From assembly GCA_044892525.1 (NCBI GenBank), contig CM097885.1:28088001-28152000 (forward strand): a stretch of DNA of 64,000 bases, read 5' to 3'. Within the stretch, counting starts at the first letter, position 1. Each line of letters begins with the position of its first letter. This DNA is from Schmidtea polychroa (lineage: Eukaryota). Shown here one piece after another: positions 25,947 to 39,934 of this stretch. The position numbers and the translations under genes were made by a program. Below the pieces are notes generated by a model. That model was not told the origin of the DNA and did not search any database. It worked only from the letters and a program-made list of their open reading frames with translations.

Positions 25947-26022
25947 TTTGCAACCACAAAAACTTCCAATGAAAATGAAGTCTACAAATGTGCTCGATGA
26001 GTTTGATCCTTTGACAAATTGA
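25947..26022 (+). CDS. Possible terminal exon of an unidentified host gene
   Basis: tttag acceptor followed by LQPQKLPMKMKSTNVLDEFDPLTN*. Upstream exons not resolved. Confidence 0.25.
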
Positions 26023-26199
26023 ATCTAATGGTAAATAATATTTTTCATTTTACAAATTTACTTTTTTAATTAGCTCTATCTCACTTTAACTAATTTGAAT
26101 CGCCTCTTCTACGCGTATTTTCCATAAATGTGTTGTAGGAAAAATAACATTATTTATGTGTATTTTTTTCCTGTCAGTCTTGTCGTTTCTGAAATACTT

Positions 26200-26262
<63 letters not shown>

Positions 26263-26375
26263 AAAGAGTTTAAAGACTATAAATCAGTGATATATCGATG
26301 TTTGTTTTTTAATAAATTCCTTAATAAATTCAATGGGAAAAAACTCAGTGGTGAAATTTGAAGAAATAAAAGTTC

Positions 26376-26451
<76 letters not shown>

Positions 26452-26779
26452 GTTCTAAACTAGTTATGATGAATCATTCAAAGAATAAATTTTCATAATT
26501 GGTTGATAAATACTTTTCATTGTTCCAAGTATGAAAATAACAACACGGTGAAAGCAATTAATGATTGTGTGTTTATCTTAATGAATAAATTATCTTATTT
26601 CATATTACCTTATACACGATATTAAATATAGATTTAACATTTCTAATATAAAAGTAACATTAAAAACTAGGAAGATAAAAAAATATAAATGGAGAGAATC
26701 ATTAGGCCGTGACATGGGATAACTACAAGAAAACTAGGAAAAGACAAACGGGTTCTCAAAATCTTAACGAAAAAGTCTT

Positions 26780-29015
26780 CACATCAGAATTTATTTGACG
26801 GAAAAACTCAAGAAATGATAGACATGCCCAGCTATTAATTTTTATTCGTGGTATAACTGACAATTTTGAAGTTGTTGAAGATGTCCTAAATTGTGTAGTT
26901 TAAAATAACGAGAGGAGCAGACATATTCGAAGCAATGTGCACGACAATCGAAGAAATGTCACTGGTCACCACTCACTGGAATAACTACAGATGGAGCTCC
27001 GTCAATGGTTAGCAAAAAAATTGGACTTGTTTGGTTTGATTAAAAAAGCTGCTGAACGACGAGACATTTTTCATTACCACTGCATAATACATCATGAAGC
27101 ACTTGTAACGAATGTCTTAAAGATAGAACATGTTATGCATGTCGTTATAAAAACTGTAAATTTTATTAAATCACAGGGACTGAATCATTGCAAGTTTAAA
27201 ACATTTCTGGAATAATCTGAAGCAGATTTCTGTGATGTGATTTATTTTACACATGTTTGATGGTTAAGCAAAGATGTAACACAAAGATGCAACGTACTTT
27301 TCGAAATAAATCACAGCGTTGACCTACTTTACAAACTATACGAAAGTATTCATATCCAATTCATCGCCGAAAACGATTAATTAAGGTTCTATTTTTGTCT
27401 TTTTCAATAAAAGTTAGAATTGTAGTTCTTTAGTTACATTTTGTTCATTTATTATTATTAATTTTTTATTGTAACGTGCACTACATACATTCACCCCAGC
27501 TGTCCGAGACAGTTTATTTACTGGTGACTCGGTGGGGCTCTACCGTATTTTTCTTACACATAAAACATTAAACAAACACAAAAATCTTTAACCGAGACCA
27601 CTACAGTTACACTTTTTATTAATTCAACCACACTTGATACAACCCTTTTTTGATCTGCACTTTTCAATACAACTAGAAATCTTACGTAGGGGTAAATCTT
27701 CTTAATGGAGACCTTTCTGGTACGTTCGATTTAAATTATTCAATTGATACTAACTTCAAAGTTTTCTTTGTTACTTTCGCTAAATTTCTCGTTTCCTTTT
27801 CTTCGACTAACTGACAATTCTGTTTACTTGCCGCTCGCTTTTATACCCAACCTATAATTGATTTTAATTTGTTAAATTAGTCTGGATCCAAGTTCCCCTG
27901 GCTTCCTCTTGTAGCTCTAATTGCTTTGATGAATTTGCTCGTCTCCTTTGACGGCTTGGCCCAATTTAATTTTCGTCGGCTGCTTTAATTACCTTTCTTA
28001 ATTTGATTGATAATTCGGGTTCTCTCACATCGCTCGGTTTTCCCATTAGCTAATTAATTTTTCTTTTGTAATTTATTCCTCCTTGGGATCCCCCATTGAT
28101 TTTATTTTATTATAGTTGAACTCATAATTCGGCATCCGCCATACTAGTTTCCCCCCGAAAATATTCGTTTTTGATTTTTTTTAATTAATATTTTGTACTT
28201 TTATTATTATTGTAAATTTAGTTTTTATTGATCTTTCTCCTCATTTTGGTACCTTTCTTGTTGAACCCCAACAGAATAATAAAAACGAAAATCAAAAAGA
28301 ATTGAAAGGAAATGAACAAAATTGTTTAGGTCTGCTAAAAAATGTTGGTTGGCTGATTGATTAAGAATTTTTAGTAGACATCAATTCACTTTTGAACGAA
28401 CTTAATTTGAAACTGCAAGGCTGTGGAAAGTTTATTACTCCTTTAGTGGACAATGTGAAATCGTTTGTAACCTTACTGCAAAAACAACTGAAATCTGGAA
28501 ATTTATCTCATTTCGCGGCTTGCACTGAGATTTCAAACCAAAACGGACAAGCTCTTGGACTTTTGCGTTCTGATAAATATTTCGAGATTATTGGCATCAT
28601 GTTATCTGAATATGCCCGACGTTTCTCTGATTTCAAATTGCATGAACAGTCATTTGCCATTTTCCAAAATTCGTTTACTTGTGAGCCAGAGATTGCGCCA
28701 ACTGATTTGCAATTAGAGCTGATTGACTCACTCGAACATTCAGAGGCGCGAACTTTATTTCATACAGTAGGATTGATGGAATTTTATCAAAGCCTTTCGA
28801 TTTCGGTTTACCCGTCTATTCGACGACATGCTCAGCGTATTGGATCACATAAATTTGTGAAAAAACATTTTCTACAATGAATATCGCAAAATCTAAGATG
28901 AGGTCACGATTAATTAATAATCATCTTCAGGAAATCCTACGCATTTCAACAACAAGCTTTGAACCTCGATTTGGTCATATAATTTCTCAAAAATCTCAAC
29001 TTCACAAATTATCTG
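26780..29015 (+). pseudogene. hAT (GTF2IRD2/SPIN-like) transposase pseudogene split by an LTR-like insertion (~27275-28290)
   Basis: ITTDGAP, YHCIIHHEAL, VIKTVNFIKS, NELNLKLQG, LQLELID. The inserted segment begins TGTAAC and is non-coding. Confidence 0.8.
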
Positions 29016-29389
29016 ATGTTCACCACGAGAAGTGGACTAGAATTTGACGAACTCTAAGCTAAATTATAAAAACAGTTACTTTTAACTTCAATAAAAATTC
29101 TTTGACAAGTAACAACATATTATGTTGGATAAATAAATAAAATAAATATCTCATTTGTTATTACGGAATTCTTATACATTTCTAGTTTTAAATTCAAGCA
29201 CTTCATTACTGTTTATTTAATTTTCTTTAAGTTTATTATATATCAAATAAGTAAAAGCCTTATCCTTATACTTTTAGGCCTTATATTTATAAACTAAGCT
29301 CAGGCTTAGCGATTTTGACGCTTGTATGGTACCATGTGGCCCGCAAGCTCTTACTATATCACTAAAGTGGCTCTCGGTATCCAACACTT

Positions 29390-30090
29390 TGGGGACCTCT
29401 GAAATAAAGGATGAAAGTTTGGTCCAGGATCCAGGATTTGCTGTGGACATTACTGCACATTTAAGTAATCTTAATTTGAAAGTACAAGGCAAAAACAAAC
29501 TCATCACTCAGTTATACGATGATATCAAATACTTCATTACAAAATTAAACTTATGGTAAAAACACAGTTGTCACTTGAAAATTTGGTTCATGTTCCAAAC
29601 TGCAAAGAACTCAAAATTAGTGTCAATACTGAATCCATATTTACACTTCTAATTACGAGTGACTTGGGTTTGTTGTTGAAAGAATTTCAGAATAGATAAT
29701 ATGATTTCTCATCTTTGGGTGAACAATTTTCATTATTCGAGACACTATTCAACTTTTCGTTGTAAAAGCTGTAGAAAACTTGCAGATGGAGCTAAGAGCT
29801 AAGTATCTAGACATCTATCTATACATATTTTTTGTTTTTTCCAACCTCCGCAAAAATGTTATCCGAACTTAAATAAACTGTCCATAAAAATTATGGCAAT
29901 GTTCGATTTCACTTATTTGTGCGAACAGTTATTTGCATTTATGAAATTAACCAAAACATCCAAAGGACAAAGCTTAATGATAAACATTTGTCATCCTTAA
30001 TGAAGGTAGGAACGACAAATACATTTAAGCCGAGTATAAAAACAATTGTTATGAAAAAAAGGTATCAACCCTTAGGGCAAAAATAATTGT
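29390..30090 (+). pseudogene. hAT (GTF2IRD2-like) transposase 3' fragment
   Basis: FAVDITAHLSNLNLKVQG and MF..TYLCEQLF motifs, with stops and frameshifts. Confidence 0.8.
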
Positions 30091-30889
30091 ATTTGTAATA
30101 CATAAATAACAGTCAACTGAGAGAATTAATTAATTTTGAGAAAAAATTATTCAAATGTTGTTCGATTGCAACTTTTGTGAATTTTGAAAGTTTTAAAATT
30201 TTGAAAAAACAAAATTTTATGATTTTTTTAACAAAAGTATATTTAAAAAAGAATAAAAATATATTCGCACACAAATTTAGAAAATGCTTTAACATCGTTA
30301 ATAACAACCTTAAATTTTATAAATTTAATTAAATTGAATTGATATTGAAAACAAGTAAGTTAAGTGAGAAAGGATTGAGTATTTAACATTTGTGCCAGCT
30401 GATTTCGACAGTGAGTTGTTAGAGAACAAGATAAACAAGATCATCTCAAATTTTGACAGATTCAAATCGTTAAAGGAATTTTATGCAGAAAATATTATAC
30501 TAAAAGTCAATTATGGATTTGAAAGTTGGAAAGCTGTTATCCGTTCTTGCTGGCATTTTGTTAAGACCAAAAAATGCGTTCAGGTCTATCTATATCTGAA
30601 AGAGAAAGGAAGGTTGACTTATTTTAATGTGGCCCTGCTTAGTGAATGAAAAAAGCATGGTAAGCTGAAGAAAGTAAAGGCTATACTAGTTTAACTTGTC
30701 TAATAAATGGTTTCTTAAAAATTTTTATTTTTTTGCATTCATTTTTAGTATTATCACTTTTATAAAATTTAAGACTGTAATCAACAATGTTAGAGCGCAA
30801 AATCTTACATAAAACCTTCGGAACGTGTATAGAGATATTTTCTAGATTTAAGTGTCGAAAATAAAATTTGTGTGTGATGAAGTAATTTT

Positions 30890-31468
30890 ATGGATTGCCA
30901 CTACCTGTATCGTAAAAAAACTTATCGTAATATGGGAATTATATCGTGAAAATTCTGTATCGTAAGAAGCAATGTTAATTAAAATCGTAATTTAATTTCT
31001 TCTTTTATATTGTAACAAGAAATATTAATTAATATCGTAAATTAAAAAACAAAATAATATCAAAACAGTATTTTGATATATTAATAAAGACCATATAGTC
31101 TGAGTTTATCCGGCAAAATATTCTGTCCCCTATGGGTATTGCTAGCAAGGGTACTGGTCACATTCAACATGTCGCAAGGGTATATTAATCAGTTAGAAAT
31201 TCAGACAACCCTGTTTGTCCATCTTGTGGTGAAAAAATTTACTTTATCATTAAACCTGTCATTTAAATTATTGAATGTTTGAAAAATAAATTATATTTTT
31301 ATATTTTTCTATCTCTATTTTATAATATACAGATTTAACCTAGATTACGATATAGGTCCATTTTTCAATTTTGCAATATTGTTCTATTTTTAACTTTTAC
31401 GATATTGGTCCATTTCTATCTTTACGATATAGGTAAGAAGTCATATTACGATACAGGTACGGTCCCCC
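30890..31468. mobile_element. MITE with long TIRs and TATCGTAA subterminal repeats
   Basis: TACCTGTATCGTAA at the left and TTACGATACAGGTA at the right, with multiple oriented copies of the motif on each arm. Confidence 0.7.
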
Positions 31469-31558
31469 ATTTTATGTGCAAAAAATAGGTTTGATTTTTA
31501 GATTGATTTAGTTTGAATTTCAATTCTACCTGTTGACGACAGTGAGTCTGTAGAAATA

Positions 31559-31922
31559 CCGCATTTTTCGGACCATAAGCCGCACTTAAAATCCTTTCAT
31601 TTTCTCAAAAATCGTCAGTGCGCCCTATAATGGCCTGAATCATCACTGAACAGCTAAGTAAAAGCAACGAGACTGACTCTGATAATGATGAGAGGGATCC
31701 GGGCATGTTTGCTGTCGAAATCGCAAAACTGTTAAACTCAGGCACTGAAGATGAAGAATTTGATGGATTTTTAGTAGAGGAGTAGAATAAACCAATTGTT
31801 TGGTATTTTATGGGTGTAACCCTGAAAAATGTTGAGAGTTATTGTGAAAGAGTTGAATAAAGTTTGACTTATCGGAGTTTTGTGTCATTTAATATGTGCG
31901 CCTTAAGATCTAAAATATACGG
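31559..31922 (+). mobile_element. pogo/Tigger-type non-autonomous element
   Basis: TA TSD; CCGCATTTTTCGG...AAATATACGG TIRs; retains the acidic transposase tail GTEDEEFDGF. Confidence 0.8.
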
Positions 31923-31929
31923 TATATTA

Positions 31930-32202
31930 TAGCCGTATATAAAGATGAAAGTTTGTTACCCATAGAATTCCCCACCGTTGGACCTAGGGTGTTGAAATTT
32001 TGCACCAAGAAGAAAAACCAAAAATATAGTCTATTGACAAGCTTTATCATAAGTGATATATAAATTACATGTAATTTTTTTAATTAAATATTTATGTATT
32101 TTTTAAATTATTTTTTTTTAAATGAATGAATAGAAATAAATTTCTTCATTTTGAATCTGTTAACTATATTTTAAATTGTGCAACGCCGAGTACCCCAGCT
32201 AG
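31930..32202 (+). mobile_element. Non-autonomous Helitron-like element
   Basis: 5' part shared with 16062-16135. 3' end gccgagtaccccagCTAG followed by T. A related 3' end lies inverted at ~32737-32764. Confidence 0.6.
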
Positions 32203-33601
32203 TATATATATATATATATATATATATCGCCATTCGTACATCTTTTTCACTATATATTTCGATAGCATCACTATTATCATCAAGTTACCTACATTCACTA
32301 GGGATGAATATACTATACAATATTGATAATTTATAAACAAATTATAAAATCTATAAATTTTTAAATTATAAATATCAATTTTAAATAATAATTTTCATAT
32401 ACATATATATATTGGATTTAGCGTTTTTACTTATATTTAAATCGATGCCATTATTTAGTGATTGTTATAATAAATAAATTGTTTTTTTGATAATATAAAT
32501 TGTTAATTTTTCATCCCATCATTGTCGTTATTAAATAACACGTTCGAAATCAGATCAGTGATTGTCAGCTTGATAATCACCAGCCAACTACAATATACCC
32601 AACACTAATCAGCAACATGACAAGCTATTCATTATCTTATTCACTGGGGTTGAAAATATATGGAATATTTAACTAGCTTTGTAACAATTCCTGTCAATAC
32701 TAATATATGCCTTTATATTCATTGCATATAGCTATACTAACTGGGGTACCCAGCGTTACCGGGGCAGTAGCGTAACTATAGGCCCGCAACTGAAGGGGCG
32801 GGGGGGTAGTGAAAAAAAATCCATTTTTAAGCCTGAAAAATGAAATATTTAAATTAATAAATGCACAGCGGGAAAATCAATAAATTATAAAATCAATAAA
32901 TCATGTAGAATATTACTATTGACGAGCGGTCGCGCATATTTTGTACAGTTATAATTATAATCGCCAATTGATGTTGGAATTTGCAATTAATTCACTCAAT
33001 TGGTTTCACTTCCCATATTTGATCGATGCTGCGTCATTAGGCTCATTGGCAAGTTTCCGTCGGCCGTCAGATTGTCATTCGCTGTATTGGATGGGGGGGG
33101 GGGGGCATTTTGAAAATGTCACATGGGGCCCAGAATTTGAAGTTAAGTTATTGATGGGGACATTTTGAAAATTTCGTGGAGGAGGAGGGGGCACAAATTG
33201 AAGTAACGCCAATGTTACCCCCCCCCCCGGCAACATAAGTTGTGTTGTAAAATTGTTTCCTTCCAGTAAAACGGACATTTATTTATTTTCAACATCTATC
33301 AAATGTTATAAACATTTCAAAAATACAAAAAAGAAAACATAATATTAATTCATTTTTAAATGATCCTGTCAACCTGAAATTTTAAAAAAGTGCTTTTTGA
33401 TAGACAATGTATTTTGTTCTGCTATGTTGTGTCAAACTACCAATCAAATAATGAATTAAATTCCGCTCAGACAATAAAATAATTAATCATAAATTCATAA
33501 AAAATGCAAATAACTGAAATAATTATAAATTTATATCATTATCGATCGTATTTTAATATAATATATATTAAATGCTAAATTTCATTTATATATAATAAGA
33601 A

Positions 33602-34056
33602 TTATGCATAACCAATGATATATCCACTCTTTCAATATTATAATTTAATTGCATTCTTTTATACAAAAAATATATAATAATACTTCTTCGATATTCTTTT
33701 GCTCCATAATATCCATTCGATTTTCTATTACTGTTAACCATTCTTTAAATTCGAATAAGTCAAAAGAAAATATTATTTGTTTCACTTTCTCATCTATATT
33801 TTCTTGGATAATAAATTCGCAAAACTTTTTTAATTTATGACAATATGCACCAGTCAAATGATCAGTTAGCTTAATCATTGATAAAATTGTACTCTTTTGT
33901 TCTAGTGTTATTTCAAGTGTCTCCTAGAAATATATTTTATAATCAATAATTATTTACTACTAACATAAATAGCTGCTGGTAAGTCACATTTGTAAATAAG
34001 CAAAAGATTTCTACATTGACCAGTGGTAAACTTTCCACAAATTTCAACTTGATTAG
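33602..34056 (-). CDS. 3' exons of an unidentified host gene
   Basis: Exons 34056-33965, 33923-33684 and 33628-33602 join in frame through 41- and 55-nt GT-AG introns (NQVEICGKF...ETLEITLEQK...SGYIIGYA*). No recognised domain. Confidence 0.55.
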
Positions 34057-34534
34057 CTATTAAACTTTTAATTATTATGTCTTTATACATGACAGACATA
34101 ATTATTCGAATAAGTTAATAATTTTTTTAACAAATTTTAGGAATGTATTTTTAAAAAATTGAATCAGCTGAAGAAATAAATAATTTGAAAACTAATTTAC
34201 AAATTATAAATATAAACAAATATTTTTCTAAAAATTTATTTAAAATTAGGAATTTTAATTTTTAATTTAAACTAATCACAGAATTAATTCTAAAATATAT
34301 TTTTAGTGAGGTTCGTGGTATTTATTATAAATGACTCTCAAATATATTCAATATATTAAATTTTTATTAAGTCTAAATACAGAAACATTGAAATTGGTTT
34401 AGTGAAAGTTAGATATCTGTTTGTTTAAATAATTTGGAATTGGCGGTTTTGCGAATTAATTAAAACTTGTTATTTAGAAATTCTTTGATTAAATATATAT
34501 TGTTAGTTTCGAGATTTTTGCTGCAAATTTAAAG

Positions 34535-35842
34535 ATGGATCTAAAGATGGATTTAACTGGCGACCACGCCGAAAATCAAAATATCAACGCCATTTCAAAA
34601 TCGACAAAATCGCTAATGGAATGCCTACCGAAATCATGCCAAGACATGCTCACATTGAACATCAGACGATATGATGGACGAAGTTTAAAAGAAGCCGAAG
34701 AATGGATCAGGGATATAGAAGAATGGTTGCTGACAAATGGACAGCGATTGACAAGCACTTTCGATGTGTTATTAGTGGCAGAAGCAAAGACATTGTGGGG
34801 AAACGTCAGAGAAGCAGAAACAACAGATGTAAAAGCCAAAGTGTGGTTCTTAAATACGTTCACAATTACAAAATCAATAACTGACAAAATCAGAGAATTG
34901 GCAGCTATGGAACAGGAAGATGATGAAAGGTTTGCAGCTTTTGAAATACGGCTAAGGAAAGCTTTAGCTGAAGTTATAAATTCAGGACGATCAGAAGAAG
35001 ATATTGTTCAAGATCTCATCGCAAATAAAGCACGCGATGCGAGACTGAGAGAGATACTATTGACGAAACCAGAAACAAAAATTGAAGAAACGAGATCATT
35101 GGCGAAAATTTTTGAAAGTAACAAAAATGGAAACCATAAAACAGAATTTATTAAAGCAATCGGTCAAAGAACATACGCTAGCGTGACTGAGGGAGGGAAG
35201 ATGAGAATTCAAAAGAATACCCAAGATCCCATGCATACATCATCACAAAGAAGACTACCAGAGGACCAATTTAGTCACCACAGATCAAGAAGAGACGAAC
35301 ATCCTATACGCGGACCAATACAATACGAAGGAAATAACCATGGTCGTCGAGAACAATCTCCAAGACAACAATTCTTGAGAAATGCGAGAATCCCGAATAG
35401 CTCAGAAAGGAAGCTGCCAACAATATCCATGAAGAATATTGCAAGGAGGCTGTACAATGAAAGTAGGGGACTACCACAAGCATCGGTCCCAAAATTAACG
35501 GTAGATGATTGTTTTTGCTGTGGCGAAAGGGGACATAGAAGGTATGAGTGTCCACTGGGAAATAAATGTCTGATATGTGGCAAGGAAGGACACGGGTTCC
35601 GAGATTGTTTTTCGTTACGGAAAGATGTTCCACAACGATATCAAAGAATAGCGTGCATAGAAGAAGAAGATTCAAAATCTGAAACAAGAGATTACACCGA
35701 GAACAGCCAGGATTTCAGAATGGATCACAGCAATATGGAAGATAGATACAATGTCCCTGAGAAATATACTATATTGAGAGAAGACGGAAAAAACATCAGC
35801 GACTCCATGGGTTTCATTTCGTCGGTGGAGTCAAGACAATAA
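34535..35842 (+). CDS. gag: Gypsy Gag with two CCHC zinc knuckles
   Basis: CFCCGERGHRRYEC and CLICGKEGHGFRDC. Confidence 0.92.
   Translation: MDLKMDLTGDHAENQNINAISKSTKSLMECLPKSCQDMLTLNIRRYDGRSLKEAEEWIRDIEEWLLTNGQRLTSTFDVLLVAEAKTLWGNVREAETTDVKAKVWFLNTFTITKSITDKIRELAAMEQEDDERFAAFEIRLRKALAEVINSGRSEEDIVQDLIANKARDARLREILLTKPETKIEETRSLAKIFESNKNGNHKTEFIKAIGQRTYASVTEGGKMRIQKNTQDPMHTSSQRRLPEDQFSHHRSRRDEHPIRGPIQYEGNNHGRREQSPRQQFLRNARIPNSSERKLPTISMKNIARRLYNESRGLPQASVPKLTVDDCFCCGERGHRRYECPLGNKCLICGKEGHGFRDCFSLRKDVPQRYQRIACIEEEDSKSETRDYTENSQDFRMDHSNMEDRYNVPEKYTILREDGKNISDSMGFISSVESRQ
35788..35832 (+). promoter_or_regulatory. -1 ribosomal frameshift signal (gag-pol)
   Basis: Slippery heptamer A AAA AAC at 35788-35794 in the gag frame, 6-nt spacer, stem GACTCCA(35801)/TGGAGTC(35826). 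pol is in the -1 frame. Confidence 0.8.
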
Positions 35843-38800
35843 ATTGTGAAATAGGAAATGAACAACGAAGAGACGAGGCAGAAGAAGAGATGTACCAGAC
35901 GAAAGATGGAAGAAATTGGAGTAAATTAATGTTGAATAATGCCGAAACAGAGATGTTATGGGATTCTGGAGCATCAGTAACAGTTATGAGCAAGAATTTG
36001 TGGGAGAAAATAGGCAAACCAGAACTTAAACGTTGTATGATATTATTGTGCGGAGTTTTTTCAACTGGAGGTGAAGAAGCAATGGGATACATGACTATAC
36101 CGGCCACGTGGAATCAGAAGACCAAAATGATCACAGTAGTAGTGGTAAAAGAGATCAAACCCGAATTCATAGGAGGCATTGATACAATGAAAGAGTTTGG
36201 AGTAAAGTTAATGAAAATCAATAATATAGAAACGTCATTGATAAACAAAATTTACACTGATGAAGAAAGAATAAATAAAGCACTAGTGGCGATGGCAGGT
36301 GAGAATAATAAAGATATGGAAGGAATGATCAGGGAATTCGGCGGAATTTTTATGGCATCGAAATTCGATCTGGGATTTACAAACTTAGTTCGACATGAGA
36401 TGCGGATAACAGGAGGCCCAATAATGCAACATCCTCGACGTCAACCAATGCACATGGAGAAAAAGATTGAAGAACTGATAAAAGAGTTAATGAAAGCAAA
36501 TGTTATTCGGTGTTGCAAGAGTCCTTGGAATGCCCCGTTAGTGATAGTAGGGAAGAAAGATGGATCTATCAGGATGTGTGTAGATTATCGTGGATTAAAT
36601 TCCATAACAGAAAAAGAGTCATTTCCGATGCCTAACACCAAATTCTTACTAGACTGTCTCGAGAATGCAAAAATATTTTCGTCAATCGATTTAGGTCAGG
36701 CGTATTATCAAGTGGAGTTAGCTCCAGAAATTCAAGAGATGACTGCATTCAGTACAAGAGAAGGACAATTTTGCTTCAATAGACTACCATTTGGCTTAGC
36801 AACAGCTCCTGCGACATTCCAGAGACTGATGCACACAGTGCTAGAAGGAATGCTATTCAAGGGAGTAGTAGTTTATCTAGATGATATCTTGGTATATGTT
36901 AAAAGTCAAAAAGACCACGATGAGCTATTAAGGGAAATATTCAGAAGAATTCAAGTGGCAGGACTGAAGATAAATCCAGAAAAATGCAAATTCAATAAAA
37001 CAGAATTGTGTTTCTTTGGTCACACAATTAACGAGAAGGGTATCCAGACAAACAGGAAGAAAGTGGAAGAGATCGAGAAAGCAGAAGTACCAAAATGTTC
37101 AAAACAATTGAGATCGTTTCTCGGATTAACGAACTACTATAGAAGATTCATCAAAGACTATGCCAAAATCGCCGAACCATTATACGCTGCAACATCTGGA
37201 TGCGATAAAGATATAAATTGGACTAAAGAATGCAATGAGAGCTTCCAAACTCTGAAGAGACGGTTGTGCGAAGCACCTATCCTTGATTTTCCAAGAGAAG
37301 ATAGGACTTTTATCTTAGACACAGACGCTAGTTTTGGAGCCATTGGTGCAGTTTTGAGTCAAATTACAGAAGATGGAGAAGAATCTGTCATAGCTTATGG
37401 CTCGAGACATATGTCATCACATGAAAAGGGATACTGTGTAACCAGGAAAGAACTGCTCGCCGTACATGAATACGTCATGCATTTTAGAGAATATCTGTAC
37501 GGAAAAAAATTCATAATTCGCACCGACCACAAGGCATTGGTTTTCATGAACACTACAAAACGCCAATCAGTCCGCAGTTCCAAACATGGTTAGCTAACCT
37601 GTCGGAATATGATTTTGAACTAAAATATCGGAAAGGAGAAGAACACTCGAATGCAGATGGACTATCAAGATTAAAAAGTATGATTTGCACCCAGTGTCAA
37701 ACAAGACATGAAGAAGCTAAGCAAGGAAAATCAAAGATTAGATATATATATACTATCCAAAGAACAGAAGCTATGGAAAAAGTATGGGAACAACAACAAA
37801 AGGACATTCGGTTTCAAGAGCTGCGAGAGATATTGGAAAATGGATGTACACGGGAGAAAAAGAATTGTTTTCCTTTTAACGTAAAAAATACACGAATTGA
37901 TGGAGGATTAATAACAGTAGAAAAGAACAAAAATATCTTAATGTTAGTCCCAGAAACATTTGCAGGCCTGTTAACAACAACACTACATGAAGAACTATGT
38001 CACATTGGAGTTAAGAAATTATTTCATTATATGGAAAAGATATTTTATTGGCCGAAAATGCAAGAAACAATCCAACTCTGTTTACGATGTTGCGAGATCT
38101 GCGCTAAGAGAAAGATCGATCAGACAAGAACCAAGGAAACATTTATTCCTAGATATAGCTCTGAATTCCTAGAACAGATTGTTTTAGATGTGGCTTACAT
38201 GGAAATAAACGCCATGAAAAAATATATGGTAGTAATGGTGGACCGTTTTAGCAAACTGATTTCTTTAACTGCAATCACAAAGCAAGACGAAGAGACAATT
38301 TTCAAAACAATGCTTAATAGTTGGATCTATCGATTTGGAAAACCAAAGAGCATTTTAACTGATAGAGGCCGAAATTTCGAAGGGAATTTCCTAAGACAGA
38401 AGCTACAGAAACTTGGAATCAAACAGGAATTCAGCTCACCTTATCAGCACCAATCAAATGGTTTAGCCGAAAGAGCCATACGAACGATAAGAGATCTTAT
38501 TACAGCAACATTGGCAGGCGGATGTGAAGAGAGAAACTGGCACGAACTTCTACCCAGAATAGAGTTCACTATAAATAGCAGTCGACAAAGTGCTACAGGT
38601 TTATCACCATTTGAGATAATCTATGGACGGAGTGTTAACCTACACTCTAACCTGAAACAAGCCGAGATATCAAGAAGCGAAAGAATCGAAGACGCGAGAT
38701 TTAATTCGAGTAAAGCCGCAGACACTATGAGAGCCATGGATAAGACAAAGAGGGGCACACGTGTTTTCGAGGTGGGGGAGGAGGTACTCGTACGTAAAGA

Positions 38801-38948
38801 GCCGCAGAACAGGCACAAGGATGGTATGCAATACGATGGCCCATATAAAATCGCCAGATTTCTATCACCTCATCGAGTCGAACTACATTCACAAGAAGGA
38901 ACGAAAGAAAGAAGAATCGAGTGGCTGAAGAAGTGGAAAAATTCTTAA
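35794..38948 (+). CDS. pol: Gypsy Pol (PR-RT-RNase H-IN) with a single frameshift near 37560
   Basis: WDSGA protease, YLDD RT, TDAS RNase H, HHCC + DDE integrase, GPY motif. The reading frame shifts at NTTK|PISPQFQTW. Confidence 0.92.
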
Positions 38949-39934
38949 GAAGGGGAGAGTTAGATATCTGTTTGTTTAAATAATTTGGAATTAGCGGTTT
39001 TGCGAATTAATTAAAACTTGTTATTTAGAAATTCTTTGATTAAATATATATTGTTAGTTTCGAGATTTTTGCTGCAAATTTAAAGATGGATCTAAAGATG
39101 GATTTAACTGTGAAAATTACATTAATACTTAATAATGTTCAATTTAGTTAATTCTCAACAAAAACGACGTAATTGGTGATTATAGGTAATTTGTTTGGAC
39201 CTAAATAGTAACATATATCGTCAAAAAGATGATACTTATCTAAACTTTTTCCATTGTTTGTTGAAAATATTTATCTCCTAATTTTTATTGTATCTTCTAT
39301 CAATTGTTTATAGAAAAAAAATATGTTACCTAAATTATGCTTATTTTACTTATTTTACATCTCAAAAGTTACTAAGGGTTAAGAGATATGGGGTGTCTTT
39401 ATTTAAGATTTTCAACATTTTGGTTTATATCGTTACTGATGATCTTGACTTCTGTTGGGCTGAAAACGAGAACTGAGAGTTTGTTTTAATCGATCGAAAA
39501 TACCTAACACAAAAACCGCAAATTTGAAAATAATCTATGATCAAGATCTAATTTAAAATAAATGAAATAAATTACATCACACATTAAGAACCAATAAACC
39601 CCGTATAATAGAATAAGAGATAAATAAATTTAACAAAAAATTCAACACTTAAAAATTTAAAATGGAAAAATAATAAAATATAAAATAGAATTAGTTGAAA
39701 ATTATTTAAACAATATAAAAATCGTCAAAAATAATAAAATTAGTTAGCATTATATAAATTGTAAAGTTTATAGAATTAAATGGTTATTTAACTTATTAAA
39801 TTTAAAGAATAAAAATGTTTAAATTAATAAAAATTAATATAACGCAAATTATTTAAATTATAAAATTTATAAAATTAAAATTAATAAAAATTAAATAAGA
39901 AATTAATTAAATTTAGTGAATTAAAACAAATAAA

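Larger units (their letters stand above)
34407..39109 (+). mobile_element. Full-length Ty3/Gypsy LTR retrotransposon
   Basis: 152-bp LTRs at 34407-34558 and 38958-39109 (AGTTA...TAACT, one mismatch seen), 5-bp TSD GTGAA, PBS TGGCGACCACG (tRNA-Arg-like), PPT AAGAAGGGGAG. Confidence 0.97.

Noticed and set aside
34576..38818. Antisense and alternate-frame ORFs inside the Gypsy (also 4842-5132, 58252-58713, 59063-59380)
   Set aside because: Shadows of real coding sequence, with no independent motifs.
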